A program made the position numbers and the translations under genes. Under the pieces are notes generated by a model. That model did no database searches. It saw nothing but the letters and a program-made list of their open reading frames with translations, and was not told the origin of the DNA. A DNA stretch of 64,000 bases from a bacterium (GTDB lineage: Bacteria; UBA8248), in the NCBI GenBank assembly GCA_963692865.2, contig OY843592.1, positions 2,208,001 through 2,272,000 on the forward strand, read 5' to 3'. Shown piece after piece: positions 17,736 through 27,854 of this stretch (position 1 is the stretch's first letter; each line of letters begins with the position of its first letter).

Positions 17736-18551
17736 CTATTTTCTGGCGTTGTCGTTCGTCCATATCTTCATGTCGCCGGAGACGTACTCGTCCACCACGC
17801 CCCACTTGCCGGCCTCGATCTTTCCGGGCGGCTCATGCGCGCCCGCCGCCACGTCTTCGACGAACCGCGCCATCCGCCCGATAATGGAAATATCCTCGCA
17901 CGGGTCGGTATGGCCCGAGCAGACGAATCTGGCGTCGTTATCTTCGGCGATTCGCTGGAGCCTGCGCATCGAGGGGCCGTACTGGGACAGGACGGCCGTC
18001 GGCACCTGGATGAACAGCGGCTGGCCGGGCTTCACCAGATCGCCCGAGATGAGCACGCGCTCTCGCTCGTCATAGAGCGAGATACTGCACGGCGAGTGGC
18101 CCGGCGTGTCGTATACGTGGATTTTCCTGCCGCCCAGGTCGATGACGTCGCTCTCCTGCACCGCCCGGCCGAATTTGCCGGGGGGTATGGTGAAGGTCTC
18201 GGGGTCGAACCCCTCGGGGAAGGGTTTCCCGCTCCACGTCTGCACGAACTCCCGGCAACCGGCGGTGTAATCGTTCGCGAGCTTATCCTCGCCGTTCGGG
18301 TGAACGCCGACGGCATCCCACTCATGGACGGCGCCCACGTGGTCCCAGTGCGTGTGGGTCAGGACGTGCTCCACCGGAAGATCGGTTATCGACTCGCAGA
18401 GCCTGCGCACGCTGCCCACGCCGATTCCGCCGTCGAGCGAGAGGGCCTTCTCCCCGCCCACGAGCAGGAACATGTTCCACCGCCCGGCCTCTGATATCTG
18501 GTAGGTACCCGGCGCGAACTCGATGACCTCATACCAGCCTTGCGTGTCCAT
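17736..18551 (-). CDS. MBL-fold metallo-hydrolase
   Basis: THTHWDH, TPGHS, SGD, SGH. Confidence 0.9.
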   Translation of the reverse strand: MDTQGWYEVIEFAPGTYQISEAGRWNMFLLVGGEKALSLDGGIGVGSVRRLCESITDLPVEHVLTHTHWDHVGAVHEWDAVGVHPNGEDKLANDYTAGCREFVQTWSGKPFPEGFDPETFTIPPGKFGRAVQESDVIDLGGRKIHVYDTPGHSPCSISLYDERERVLISGDLVKPGQPLFIQVPTAVLSQYGPSMRRLQRIAEDNDARFVCSGHTDPCEDISIIGRMARFVEDVAAGAHEPPGKIEAGKWGVVDEYVSGDMKIWTNDNARK

Positions 18552-18569
18552 GGCGTCTTTTTCCTGGAA

Positions 18570-19391
18570 TTACTTTCTCGCGTGGTCCTGAATCCACACC
18601 TTGACGCGGGGGAACACGTACTCGTCCACGACCCCCCACGCGCCGCCGTCCACCTTGGCGGGCGGGTCGTACTTGCCCGCTTCGAGGTCTTCCATGTTCT
18701 GCGCCATCTCGCCGATGATGGAGGGGTCCGGATAGGGGTCGGTGTGGCCCGAGGTGATCCAGCGCACCTCGTTCTCCGCGGCGACCTTCTCGAGCTTGCG
18801 CAGCGAGGGCGCGTAGTCGGAGAGCACCGCCGTGGGCACCTGGAGGAAGAGGTATTCCTCGCAGCGGATCAGATCGCCCGAGACGAGAATCTTCTCACGC
18901 TCGTCGTAGAGCGAGATGCTGCAGGGCGAATGGCCAGGCGTCTCGTATACGTGGAACTTCCGGTTGCCCAGGTCGAACGTGTCGCCCTCTTGGAGCGTCC
19001 AGCCGAACGTGGCGGGTTTGATGCCGTAGGCCTCCTCGTCGAACCAGTCGGGGAAGGTGTTTCCGTTCTTTTTCCACATGTTCAGGAAGCCTTGTTCGAG
19101 TTTCGAGAAATCGTTGGCGAGCAGGTCCTTGCCGACGGGGTGGACGCCCACGCGCTCCCACTGCGAGGCCGCGCCCAGGTGGTCCCAGTGGGTGTGGGTG
19201 AGGACGAAGTCGATGGGCTTGTCCGTGATGCTCTCGTAGAGTTTCCTTAAGTTAGCAATCCCGATGCCGCCGTCGATGGCGACCGCCCTGTCGTCTCCTT
19301 CGAGGAGGAGCATGTTGAACCTGCCGCCTTCTGTGATTTGATAGCTGCCCGGTGCGAAATTGTTGACGGAATACCAGTCCTGGGTTTCCAT
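18570..19391 (-). CDS. MBL-fold metallo-hydrolase (paralog)
   Basis: THTHWDH, TPGHS, SGD, SGH; paralog of 17736..18551. Confidence 0.9.
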   Translation of the reverse strand: METQDWYSVNNFAPGSYQITEGGRFNMLLLEGDDRAVAIDGGIGIANLRKLYESITDKPIDFVLTHTHWDHLGAASQWERVGVHPVGKDLLANDFSKLEQGFLNMWKKNGNTFPDWFDEEAYGIKPATFGWTLQEGDTFDLGNRKFHVYETPGHSPCSISLYDEREKILVSGDLIRCEEYLFLQVPTAVLSDYAPSLRKLEKVAAENEVRWITSGHTDPYPDPSIIGEMAQNMEDLEAGKYDPPAKVDGGAWGVVDEYVFPRVKVWIQDHARK

Positions 19392-19514
19392 GGAAGCGCC
19401 TTTCTGCTTGAGGGAATAAGAAATTATTCGCTTTTCGATAAGAGGCGTTCCCGCCCCTGTCGTTTGTACGAATCGATGGCCCTAATCTAGCCCCATTGCC
19501 CCGCCCGAATCAAG

Positions 19515-19945
19515 CGAGGGAGTTGTTGAAAAAGTCCTCTCTGCTTCATCCTGAGTAGCGGCCCTTCGACAGGCTCAGGACAGGCTCCGCCGTCCCCCCG
19601 CCTTCCTCATCCTGAGTAGGCGCGTAAGCGCCGTATCGAAGGATGCTCTCTCGCGTCGGCGCGAGGCGTTCGATTCCCCTCGCCCTTCGATACGCCGCCT
19701 CCGGCGGCTACTCAGGGTGAGGAAAGAAGCGTTTGCGTTCTGCAAGGGGGGAGTAGAGTCTCCCGAAGGTTCGTAGGGACAGGCCCCTGTGCCTGTCCGC
19801 TGTGGAGGTTCCTCCCCGGTTACCCAATCGGGCGGCCACGGGGGGCCGCCCCTACGGTGAACAATTCGGTGCGTGGATTCCATCCCCATGGAGGCTTTTT
19901 CAACCCCCCCAACCCCCCTCGCCAGGGGGGCTTTTTCAACGGCCC
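19515..19945. repeat. Mosaic palindromic repeat cluster
   Basis: TIR GTTGTTGAAAAA, CATCCTGAGTAG...TATCGAAGG inverted pair, CTTCGACAGGCTCAGGACAGG, GTAGGGACAGGC...CCTGTCC. Confidence 0.85.
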
Positions 19946-19965
19946 ATTCCCGCCGCCCGGCGGCC

Positions 19966-20877
19966 TCAGCCCTTGAAAACCGGCGCGGGCTGGCTGAAGA
20001 ATCGCTCGATCAAGTAGAAGACGATGTTATGGTTTTTCTCCTGCAGGCTCGCGTGGGCGACCCCGGGCATCATGACGAACTGCTTGTCCGGATTCGGCAG
20101 CAGCCCGAAGAACGCCATCAGGTCGTCGAGATGGGCGATGCCGTCGAACTCCCCGCGCGCGATCATCACGGGAGCGGTGATTTTCTCAGGCTTCACCAGC
20201 GGCAGCCGCTCGCACATGTCGATGTAGGTTCCGTTGGGGATCGTATCGTCGAGCGCGCAGATGGCCTTTGCGAATTCATCGACGACGTCGCGGTAGGCCG
20301 TGCCGGGATGATCGCGCGTGAAGATGCTCTTGATGAACTCCGGGTTCACGGGCCTTCTGGAAGTCGAGGCCACGCCCTGGAACCGCTTGCGTCTTTGCTC
20401 AAGCGTCGGGCTTCCTTCGCCCGTCCAGACGAAGGCGTCCAGGATCAGCCGCTTCACGCGCCGGGGGTTTTTCTGCGCGAACAGGGCGGCCCTGAGCGCG
20501 CCGGACGAGATGCCGTAGAGGTGTACCGCGTTCTTTCTGCTGATTCGCCGGATCACGTTCGCCGCCGCCAGAACGTCCCTGGCGCCGCGCTCGATACCGC
20601 AGGAGACCCGCCTCGACTTGGTGGATCTCCCGTAGCCCTCGCAGTCCACGCACCAGACGTCGTAGCCGCGCTCGGCGAGATGGTCCATCAGGGAGTATCC
20701 GGGCCGGGTCTTCACCTGGAGGTCGAACGTGGGCGTGGAGGCCATGGACGAGCCGTGCACGAGGAGCACCGCGTCCCCTGGTGATTCTGCGCCCTCTTTT
20801 CGCTTCCTCCACAGGAACAGATCGGCGCCGTCGTGATGCGCCCGGTGCTCTTCGCCCGTGATTTTCGTTTTCGGCAT
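19966..20877 (-). CDS. Alpha/beta hydrolase
   Basis: LLVHG, GYDVWCVD..GYG.S, nucleophile elbow GISSG, GEFD, AH. Confidence 0.88.
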   Translation of the reverse strand: MPKTKITGEEHRAHHDGADLFLWRKRKEGAESPGDAVLLVHGSSMASTPTFDLQVKTRPGYSLMDHLAERGYDVWCVDCEGYGRSTKSRRVSCGIERGARDVLAAANVIRRISRKNAVHLYGISSGALRAALFAQKNPRRVKRLILDAFVWTGEGSPTLEQRRKRFQGVASTSRRPVNPEFIKSIFTRDHPGTAYRDVVDEFAKAICALDDTIPNGTYIDMCERLPLVKPEKITAPVMIARGEFDGIAHLDDLMAFFGLLPNPDKQFVMMPGVAHASLQEKNHNIVFYLIERFFSQPAPVFKG

Positions 20878-20984
20878 GGGTATCCTTCCTCTAGGTGGGT
20901 TATCGCAAAAGTTATCTTCGCTCGGTCGAACCCTCATTCATCAATCGGGTTCGACCTCCCTTATCGGTTGGAATCGATCATCGC

Positions 20985-21310
20985 CGTCATTCCGGCGTCA
21001 TTGTCGTTTTATTGTAGGGGCATGCGACCCAGCCTTTTTGCCGCTCGTCATGGGCCGCATATATGCGGCCCCTACAGTCGAGATTACATACCGTCATTCC
21101 GGCGAAAGCCGGAATCCATTTTTCCGCCTTTTGCTTTTCGTCAGGGTTCCCGCGCATCGGCGGGGAGTGAAACGCTGTCTTTCATTCACCCGCGCCCGCA
21201 AATGGATTCCGGCTTTCGCCGGAATGACGAACAAAAACCAAATTCGTCGTGAGTCCCGAGAAGAGAACGCCGTCTACCGTAGGGACAGGTCGCGACCTGT
21301 CCCTACAACA
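20985..21310. repeat. Mosaic palindromic repeat cluster
   Basis: REP-like unit, GTCATTCCGGCGAAAGCCGGAATCC inverted pair, GTAGGGACAGGTCGCGACCTGTCCCTAC palindrome. Confidence 0.85.
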
Positions 21311-21470
21311 AACGTAAATCCTCTCGCATTGGACTTTTCCATCGGGCATTCCCCTTGGGATGCCCGACCCCTCGATGTGGAAATCGTTTGTATAAGCGGC
21401 GTTCCTGTGGGATTCTCGGTTCAGCGTAATATGGGCGCGCGAAGATGAACAATCACGAAAGGAGAATTTT

Positions 21471-21881
21471 GTGGAATTCAGATACGACCACGTGCACTAC
21501 CTGACGCGCGACGTCCGCGCCATGGCGGATTTCTTCGAGCATGTCTTCGAGTTGGAACTGATCTCCTACGAGGAGTATTTCAAGGGCGCGCCCTACGCCA
21601 TCTTGAAACTCGGCGAAGGGGACCTGCGAATCAGGGGGTACCGCCCGGACGATGAACCCGACGCCGTGGCGCCTGAATTGACCCACGGACTCGACCATCT
21701 GGGCGTCGCGGTGGACGACGTCGTGGCGGCGGTCGCCCGGCTCGAAGAGCGCGGCGCCGAAGTCTCGATGCCGCCCGTGGCCGCGGGCGTGGGCGGGCGG
21801 ATGATCGCCTTCATCAAGGGGCCGGAGAACATCCGCGTCGAGATATGCGAGCGGCCGCGCAAGTCCGGGGAGAGCGATTGA
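21471..21881 (+). CDS. VOC/glyoxalase family protein
   Basis: DHVH, DHLGVAVDD, FIKGPENIRVE; GGAG RBS, GTG start. Confidence 0.88.
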   Translation: MEFRYDHVHYLTRDVRAMADFFEHVFELELISYEEYFKGAPYAILKLGEGDLRIRGYRPDDEPDAVAPELTHGLDHLGVAVDDVVAAVARLEERGAEVSMPPVAAGVGGRMIAFIKGPENIRVEICERPRKSGESD

Positions 21882-22798
21882 ACAGCCCCCCGGCCTCACC
21901 GAAGCCATCCGCCGATTCGGGAATGACGCTCGAACTGGTGCTGGGCTCGCTCCTCCTCACGACGGTGTGGGGCATGGCGCAGCCCGTCATCAAGGGCGCC
22001 TATGCGGGCGTAACCCCCTACGCCATGATATGGATGCGCTGCTGCGCGGGGGTGCTGACCCTCACGCTCTACAGGCTGCTGATGCGCGTTCCCGAGAGCG
22101 TGACCCACCACGACCCCTGGCGGGAGAAGGGACACCGCATCCTGAACGCCCTCATGCACAACGCCTACGTCTGGTTCCTCTACCAGGGGATGTTCGGAAC
22201 AGCCGCCGCGCGCGCCTCGGTGCTGCTCTACACGCAGCCCGTCTGGGTGATGCTGCTGAGCGCCCTCTTTCTCACCGGCGAGCGCATCACCCTCGTGCGG
22301 GCGCTGGGCTTCGCGACGGCGATGGCGGGCACCGTCACCGTCTTCTCGCACAGCCTCGACGCGGGCGGCTCCATGCGGGCCGATTTCTTCATCCTCATCG
22401 CCGCCGCCGGCTGGGCGACGCAGACGATCCACTACCGCCGGTATCTGAGTAATTCCGACGTCACCTCGATCGCCAGGTGGTCCATGCTCATCGGCGCGCC
22501 GACTTATTTCCTCCTCTCTTTCTCCCAGCCCGATTTCGGGATCACCCATATCGGCGGCCCGCAGATCTTCGCGGTGATCTACATGGGCGTCATAGCGAGC
22601 GCGCTGCTCCTGGCCTACTGGGGCCACTTGCTGCTCCGGTATTCACCCGCCAAGATATCGGTGTTCTTCTTCATGACGCCCATCGTCGGCGTGGCGGGGA
22701 GCGCCCTCTACCTGGGCGAGCAACTGGGCTGGCATCTGCTGGTCGGCGCGGCGCTTACGGCGGCGGGCGTGTGGCTCGTTACGGGGGAGAGGAGGTAG
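21878..22798 (+). CDS. DMT/EamA family transporter
   Basis: About 10 TM helices, AARASVLLYTQP, MTPIVG; start uncertain (21878 TTG or 21923 ATG). Confidence 0.85.
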   Translation: MNSPPASPKPSADSGMTLELVLGSLLLTTVWGMAQPVIKGAYAGVTPYAMIWMRCCAGVLTLTLYRLLMRVPESVTHHDPWREKGHRILNALMHNAYVWFLYQGMFGTAAARASVLLYTQPVWVMLLSALFLTGERITLVRALGFATAMAGTVTVFSHSLDAGGSMRADFFILIAAAGWATQTIHYRRYLSNSDVTSIARWSMLIGAPTYFLLSFSQPDFGITHIGGPQIFAVIYMGVIASALLLAYWGHLLLRYSPAKISVFFFMTPIVGVAGSALYLGEQLGWHLLVGAALTAAGVWLVTGERR

Positions 22799-22834
22799 GG
22801 CGGGCCTTCCTCCGCAAGCACGAGATTCCCCCAT

Positions 22835-23275
22835 AAGGGCCGTTCGCGAACGGCCCCTCCGAAACCATCGCCCCCGTTTGCCGATGCCCGTCATCCCGGC
22901 TTTCGCCGGAATGACGGGGATGGTCAATTCCGAGCGAGGAGGGTTTTTTCAACAACCCCGGAAGGGGGGGATTGCCGGTTCGCCCACCGCCTGAACCGGG
23001 CGCCTTTCCCTCACCCTGCGCAGCCCCTCCCGACTCGCTTCATCCTGAGTAGCGGCGAAGCCGCGTATCGAAGGCGCGAACCCGACCGATGAGGGGTTGT
23101 TGAAAAGGCCGGAGAGAGACAATTTGTTTGTAGGTGACAACCCCTCCTTGGGGTTGTCCCACGCATATCATGCGACCCGTATTGTGAAGTCGAAAAGGCA
23201 GGGCCGCATAATATGCGGCCCCTACGGTGAGATACCGACTGGCCCGTAAGAGCTTTTTCAACAGCCCCTTCCCAG
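22835..23275. repeat. Mosaic palindromic repeat cluster including TIR shell 23093-23268
   Basis: GGGGTTGTTGAAAA...TTTTTCAACAGCCCC, REP-like pair, CATCCTGAGTAGCGGCGAAGCCGCGTATCGAAGG. Confidence 0.85.
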
Positions 23276-23344
23276 TCGCGTTTGACCTCCGGCGGCTGCT
23301 CTGGGTGAGGGATTGCCGGGAGGTTGGTCGAGCGGAAAGCAGGG

Positions 23345-24649
23345 CTAGTCGGCCGCGTCCTCGCCGCGGGCGTGCGCCAGCTCGCGCGCGCTCGGATTCA
23401 CCGACGGGCGGAAGGGCACCTCGCAAACCTGCGCGCGGTCGGGCCGCCCCGGCTCGCCGGCGTACTCGTCCGGCAGCCAGACCAGCAGCTCGGTACCGAC
23501 CGCCGACTTGCCGATCGGCACGTAACCCAGCGCGATGTTGGACCCCAACTCGGGGGCGTGCCACGGGGAAGTCAGGTAGCCGATCGGGTCGCCTCCGTCG
23601 GCGTCCGAGACCAGCCAGAAGTCGGGCGCGTAGTCGTCGATCGGCTTGCCGCCCAGCTTCATGCCCACCATCACCATCGAGAACGGCGGACGCCCCGCGG
23701 CGATCTCGGCGCGCATCCGTTCGAGGGCCGCCCGGCCGATGTAGTCGCCCTGCTTCTTGCGCGGCACCTGATAGGCCAGGTTGCACTGGAAAGGCGCCGT
23801 CTCGTGGTCGATGTCCTGCCCCCAGGACAGGATGCCGGCCTGGATGCGGCGCTGATGGCCGGGGGCGGTGACCATCAGCCGGTGCGGCTCCCCCGCGTCG
23901 AGCACCGCGCGCCACAGCTTCTCGGCGTGCAGGGTGGCGTCGCGCAGATAGATCTCGTAGCCCTTCTCTCCCGAGAAGCCGGATTGGGTTACGACCACCC
24001 GGCAGCCCTCGATCTCGGCTTCAAGGATGCCGTAGTAGGGGATGTTCCGGACGCCGTCGCCCACCAGATCGACCATCAGCGCGAGCGACTTCGGCCCCTG
24101 TATCTGCAGCGGGCAGACGTCGATCTCGTTGATTTCCACGTCCATCCGCTTCCCGACGTTGACGCCTTGCAGCCACAACAGCATGTCGGAGTCCGCCAGC
24201 GAGAACCAGAATTCCTCCTCGGTCAGGCGCAACAGGACCGGGTCGTTCAGTATCCCGCCCTTCTCGTTGCAGAGAATGACGTACTTCGCCTGCATCGGCC
24301 TGATGCGGGTCGCGTCGCGGGTAATGACGTAGTCGACGAACCGCTCCGCATCCGGTCCCTTGACCTGGATCTGCCGCTCGACCGCGACGTTCCAAAGCGT
24401 CACGTGGTTCGTCAGCGCCTCGTGCTCGACGGCCGCGCCGCCCGCCTCCGGCCTGACGTAGCCGCGCGGATGGTAGATGCGGTTGTAGACCGTGGCCCGC
24501 CAGCAGCCCGCGTCGTGGGACAGATGCCAGTAGGGCGACTTCCGCACCCGCGTGGAGATGAGCAGCTCCGTGGGCGTCCGGCCGCTCTGGCGCAGGTTGA
24601 TGGGAACGATTCGGTCGGACTGGTCTACGCTGCGCGGCTGGCCACTCAT
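23345..24649 (-). CDS. GcvT/aminomethyltransferase family (DmdA-like demethylase)
   Basis: LWNVAVERQIQVKGPDA, GGILNDP, GFSGEKGYEIY, RRIQAGILSWG; GGAG RBS before ATG 24649. Confidence 0.85.
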   Translation of the reverse strand: MSGQPRSVDQSDRIVPINLRQSGRTPTELLISTRVRKSPYWHLSHDAGCWRATVYNRIYHPRGYVRPEAGGAAVEHEALTNHVTLWNVAVERQIQVKGPDAERFVDYVITRDATRIRPMQAKYVILCNEKGGILNDPVLLRLTEEEFWFSLADSDMLLWLQGVNVGKRMDVEINEIDVCPLQIQGPKSLALMVDLVGDGVRNIPYYGILEAEIEGCRVVVTQSGFSGEKGYEIYLRDATLHAEKLWRAVLDAGEPHRLMVTAPGHQRRIQAGILSWGQDIDHETAPFQCNLAYQVPRKKQGDYIGRAALERMRAEIAAGRPPFSMVMVGMKLGGKPIDDYAPDFWLVSDADGGDPIGYLTSPWHAPELGSNIALGYVPIGKSAVGTELLVWLPDEYAGEPGRPDRAQVCEVPFRPSVNPSARELAHARGEDAAD

Positions 24650-24860
24650 GGCTCCTCCTGCTCCGCCGCGCCTTCCGGCTTTCCGGCGCGGCTCCGGTAC
24701 GCGGTCGACTCGCAATGATTCGGCGGCAGCGGCTGCGCCGACCGCGGCGCAACTGATGCCGAAAGCGGGCGGCGACCCGATGCCGCCGACCCCTCGGGGT
24801 GCGGGTTCGCCGCCGCTGCCGGGGCGCTCCCGACTCTCACTACACTTGAAAACGGGGTTA

Positions 24861-24888
24861 ATTATATGCCATATATGCAATGTTTCAA
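24861..24888 (-). promoter_or_regulatory. Putative sigma70 promoter with an operator-like palindrome in the spacer
   Basis: Minus strand TTGAAA-16 nt-TATAAT; spacer holds imperfect palindrome TGCATATATGGCA. Confidence 0.55.
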
Positions 24889-25022
24889 GGCCGAACTTCC
24901 GGTCAGGGCGTGATGTGGACGCCCATGCCGCTCATGGGGGCAAGACCGGGAGCCTGCGCGATCGACTCCGGGGCCGGGCATGTAGCGAGTCGTGACCGTC
25001 ATGCGTACGCGGGGGATCAGCT

Positions 25023-27575
25023 TTGAAAGACGCCATCAACAATCCATCCGAGAGCGCTTCGCCGCCGCCGGGGCGGGCGACGATCGCCGTGATCGGCGCC
25101 GGCATCGTCGGCAACTGCCTGGTGCGGCACCTGGCGGATCTGGGGTGGGACGACCTGGTGCTGATCGACAAGGGGCCGCTGCCCAACCCCGGTGGTTCGA
25201 CCGGCCACGCGTCGAACTTCATCTTCCCCACCGATCACAACCGTGAAATCGCGATGCTGACGCTGGAGAGCCAGCGCCAGTACGCCGCGCTCGGCGTCAA
25301 CACCACGTGCGGCGGCATCGAAGTGGCGCGCACGGATGCCCGCATGGAGGAGTTGCGCCGGCGGATGACCTCGGCTCTGTGCTGGGGCATCAAGGCCGAG
25401 CTGCTTGATCCCGCCGAGGTGGTCGCCAAGGTGCCGTTCGTGAACGGCGACGTGATCCTGGGCGGCTTCTACACGCCGAGCGTGTCGGTGGTCGACCCGG
25501 TCCGGGCGGGCGCCATCATGCGTGAGGAGGCGCTGGCCAGGGGAGCGCTGACCGTGCTGGACAACACCGAGGTCACGGGGCTTGAGGTATCGCGCCCGCC
25601 GTTCGGCCGTCCGCGCGTCCGGGCTGTGGAGACGACGCGCGGCGCAATAGAGGTGGAGCAGGTGGTGATTGCGTGCGGCGTCTGGAGCCCGCGAGTCGCC
25701 GCGCTCGCCGGAGCGACCATCCCGCTTACCCCGGCGGTGCACCAGATGGCCGACATGGGCTCGATCGACCTGTTGCAGAAGACGGGAAACGAGATCGGCT
25801 ATCCGATTGTCCGCGACATGGACAACTTCATGTACGAGCGGCAGCGTCACGGGGTGATGGAGATCGGCTCGTACGCCCATCGCCCCATCCTGGTGCGGCC
25901 CGACGACATTCCTTCCCTTGCGGAGGCGGAGCGGACGCCCACCGAGCTGCCCTTCACCGGCGACGACTTCGCTCCGCAGCTCGCGCACGCCCGGACGATC
26001 ATGGGCGAGTTGCTCGCCGGTTCCGAAATGCAGTATTCGGTGAACGGACTGCTGTCCCTGACCCCGGACGCGCAGCAGGTGCTGGGCGAGACCGCCGAGG
26101 TGGAGAAGCTCTGGTCGGCGGCCGCGGTCTGGATCAGGGAGGGCCCCGGCTCCGCGCGCCTGATCGCCGAGTGGATCACCCACGGCTATCCGCGTCTGTG
26201 CGACCCGCACGGCTCGGACGTCACGCGGTTCTACCCGCACGAGCGAACCGAGCGCCACATCCGGGAGCGATGCCGCGAGCACTTCAACAAGACGTACGGG
26301 ATCGTGCATCCGCGCGAGCAGTGGGCGTCCGATCGCGGCATGAACCGGGCGCCGTTCCACGATCGCACCGCGGACCTGGGCGCCGAATTCTTCGAAGCGC
26401 GCGGCTGGGAGCGGCCCCAGTGGTACGCGTCGAACGAGGATCTGGTCGCCCGCTACGGCGTTTCGGATCGCCCGCACGAATGGGATCGCCGCTGGTGGTC
26501 GCCGATCATCAACGCGGAGCATCTCCACATGCGGGAGAAGGCCGGGATCGTGGATTTGAGCGCCTTCCAGATCTTCGACGTATCCGGCCCCGGCGTCGTG
26601 CCCTACCTGGAGCGGTTGACGGTCAACCCCTGCGACCGTCCGGTGGGCAGATCGATCTACACCCCGCTGTTGACGCCGGACGGCGGGATACGCGCCGACC
26701 TCACCATACAGAGGCTGGCGGAAGATCGGTTCCGCATCGTGACGGGCGCCTTCGACGGCGCGCGCGACGAGGCCTGGTTCCGCCGCCATCTGCCCGGGGA
26801 CGGCTCGGTTCAGTTCGAGAACCGGTCGTCGGCGCTGTGCACCATCGGGGTATGGGGGCCGGACGCCCGCGCGCTGCTCTCGGAGATCGCCGAAGCCCCG
26901 CTGACGCGGGAAGCGTTTCCGTACGGGACGGCGCAGGAGGCGCTTATCGACGGCGTTCCGACGACGATGCTGCGCATTTCCTACGTGGGCGAGAGCGGAT
27001 GGGAGATCTACGCGCCCACGTCGCAAGGCGCGCGCCTGTGGGACGCGATCCGGGAGGCGGGCCGCGCCTTCGACGCCCGGCCCGTCGGCATCGGCGTCTA
27101 CGGAACCACGGGACGCCTCGAGAAGGGATACGCGCTCATGGGCGCCGATCTCACGTCGGAGTACTCGCCGGTGGAGGCGGGCCTGGCGCGGCCCCGCGTG
27201 AAGGCCGCGGAGTTCATCGGGAAGCAGGCCTACCTGGAGGCGCGCGCCGAAGGTCCGGCGGCGAAGCTGTGCATGCTGACGGTCGACGATCACGCCGGCG
27301 AATCCGGGATGATGCGGTTCCCCGCCGGCGGCAGCGAACCGATACTGACGCTTGAGGACGAGCGCCTCGTCGACGCCAAAGGACGGGAGTCCTTCGTCAC
27401 CTCGGCCGGCATGGGGCCCTCCCTCGGCAAGCACCTCCTGCTGGCCTATCTGCCGATCGATCAGGCGGCGGCCGGCAACAAGCTGCAGGTGGTGTATATG
27501 AACGAGCGCCTCCCCGTGACCGTGGCGCCGCCCTCGGCGATGTTCGACCCCGAGAACGCCCGCATGAAAGCATAG
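25023..27575 (+). CDS. FAD-dependent oxidoreductase with GcvT domain (dimethylglycine/sarcosine dehydrogenase-like)
   Basis: IGAGIVG, GSTGHA, GWERP.W, SYVGE.GWEIY, RLEKGY; start uncertain. Confidence 0.9.
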   Translation: MKDAINNPSESASPPPGRATIAVIGAGIVGNCLVRHLADLGWDDLVLIDKGPLPNPGGSTGHASNFIFPTDHNREIAMLTLESQRQYAALGVNTTCGGIEVARTDARMEELRRRMTSALCWGIKAELLDPAEVVAKVPFVNGDVILGGFYTPSVSVVDPVRAGAIMREEALARGALTVLDNTEVTGLEVSRPPFGRPRVRAVETTRGAIEVEQVVIACGVWSPRVAALAGATIPLTPAVHQMADMGSIDLLQKTGNEIGYPIVRDMDNFMYERQRHGVMEIGSYAHRPILVRPDDIPSLAEAERTPTELPFTGDDFAPQLAHARTIMGELLAGSEMQYSVNGLLSLTPDAQQVLGETAEVEKLWSAAAVWIREGPGSARLIAEWITHGYPRLCDPHGSDVTRFYPHERTERHIRERCREHFNKTYGIVHPREQWASDRGMNRAPFHDRTADLGAEFFEARGWERPQWYASNEDLVARYGVSDRPHEWDRRWWSPIINAEHLHMREKAGIVDLSAFQIFDVSGPGVVPYLERLTVNPCDRPVGRSIYTPLLTPDGGIRADLTIQRLAEDRFRIVTGAFDGARDEAWFRRHLPGDGSVQFENRSSALCTIGVWGPDARALLSEIAEAPLTREAFPYGTAQEALIDGVPTTMLRISYVGESGWEIYAPTSQGARLWDAIREAGRAFDARPVGIGVYGTTGRLEKGYALMGADLTSEYSPVEAGLARPRVKAAEFIGKQAYLEARAEGPAAKLCMLTVDDHAGESGMMRFPAGGSEPILTLEDERLVDAKGRESFVTSAGMGPSLGKHLLLAYLPIDQAAAGNKLQVVYMNERLPVTVAPPSAMFDPENARMKA

Positions 27576-27854
27576 CCGCCGCGGAAAGCGTCCCGGAGCA
27601 ACCGGGCGCATGCGGCGGGCCGCCGGGTTCGCCGGGTCGATTCGGCCCCGATCCCCGCATCTCCATACGGGCCCGCTGCAGATGAAACGCCGCAACCGAG
27701 AGGCCGGATGCGCGGCCGAGCCGGACCATCTTGCGCCAACCCCTCCCCAAAAACCGCTTGCGTTCTCGTGGGCGTCCATGTGCGGACGCACGGGTCCGCC
27801 TCTACGTTTCGTTTCGCAGAGGTTGGTAGGTGGCGCTCCCTCCTCGGGAGCGCT

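Noticed and set aside
17736-19391. Metallo-beta-lactamase resistance genes
   Set aside because: No signal peptides and metabolic operon context; the fold alone does not imply resistance
24650-25022. Glycine riboswitch upstream of GcvT-family genes
   Set aside because: No GGAGA / CCGAAG / CTCTCAGG aptamer pattern seen
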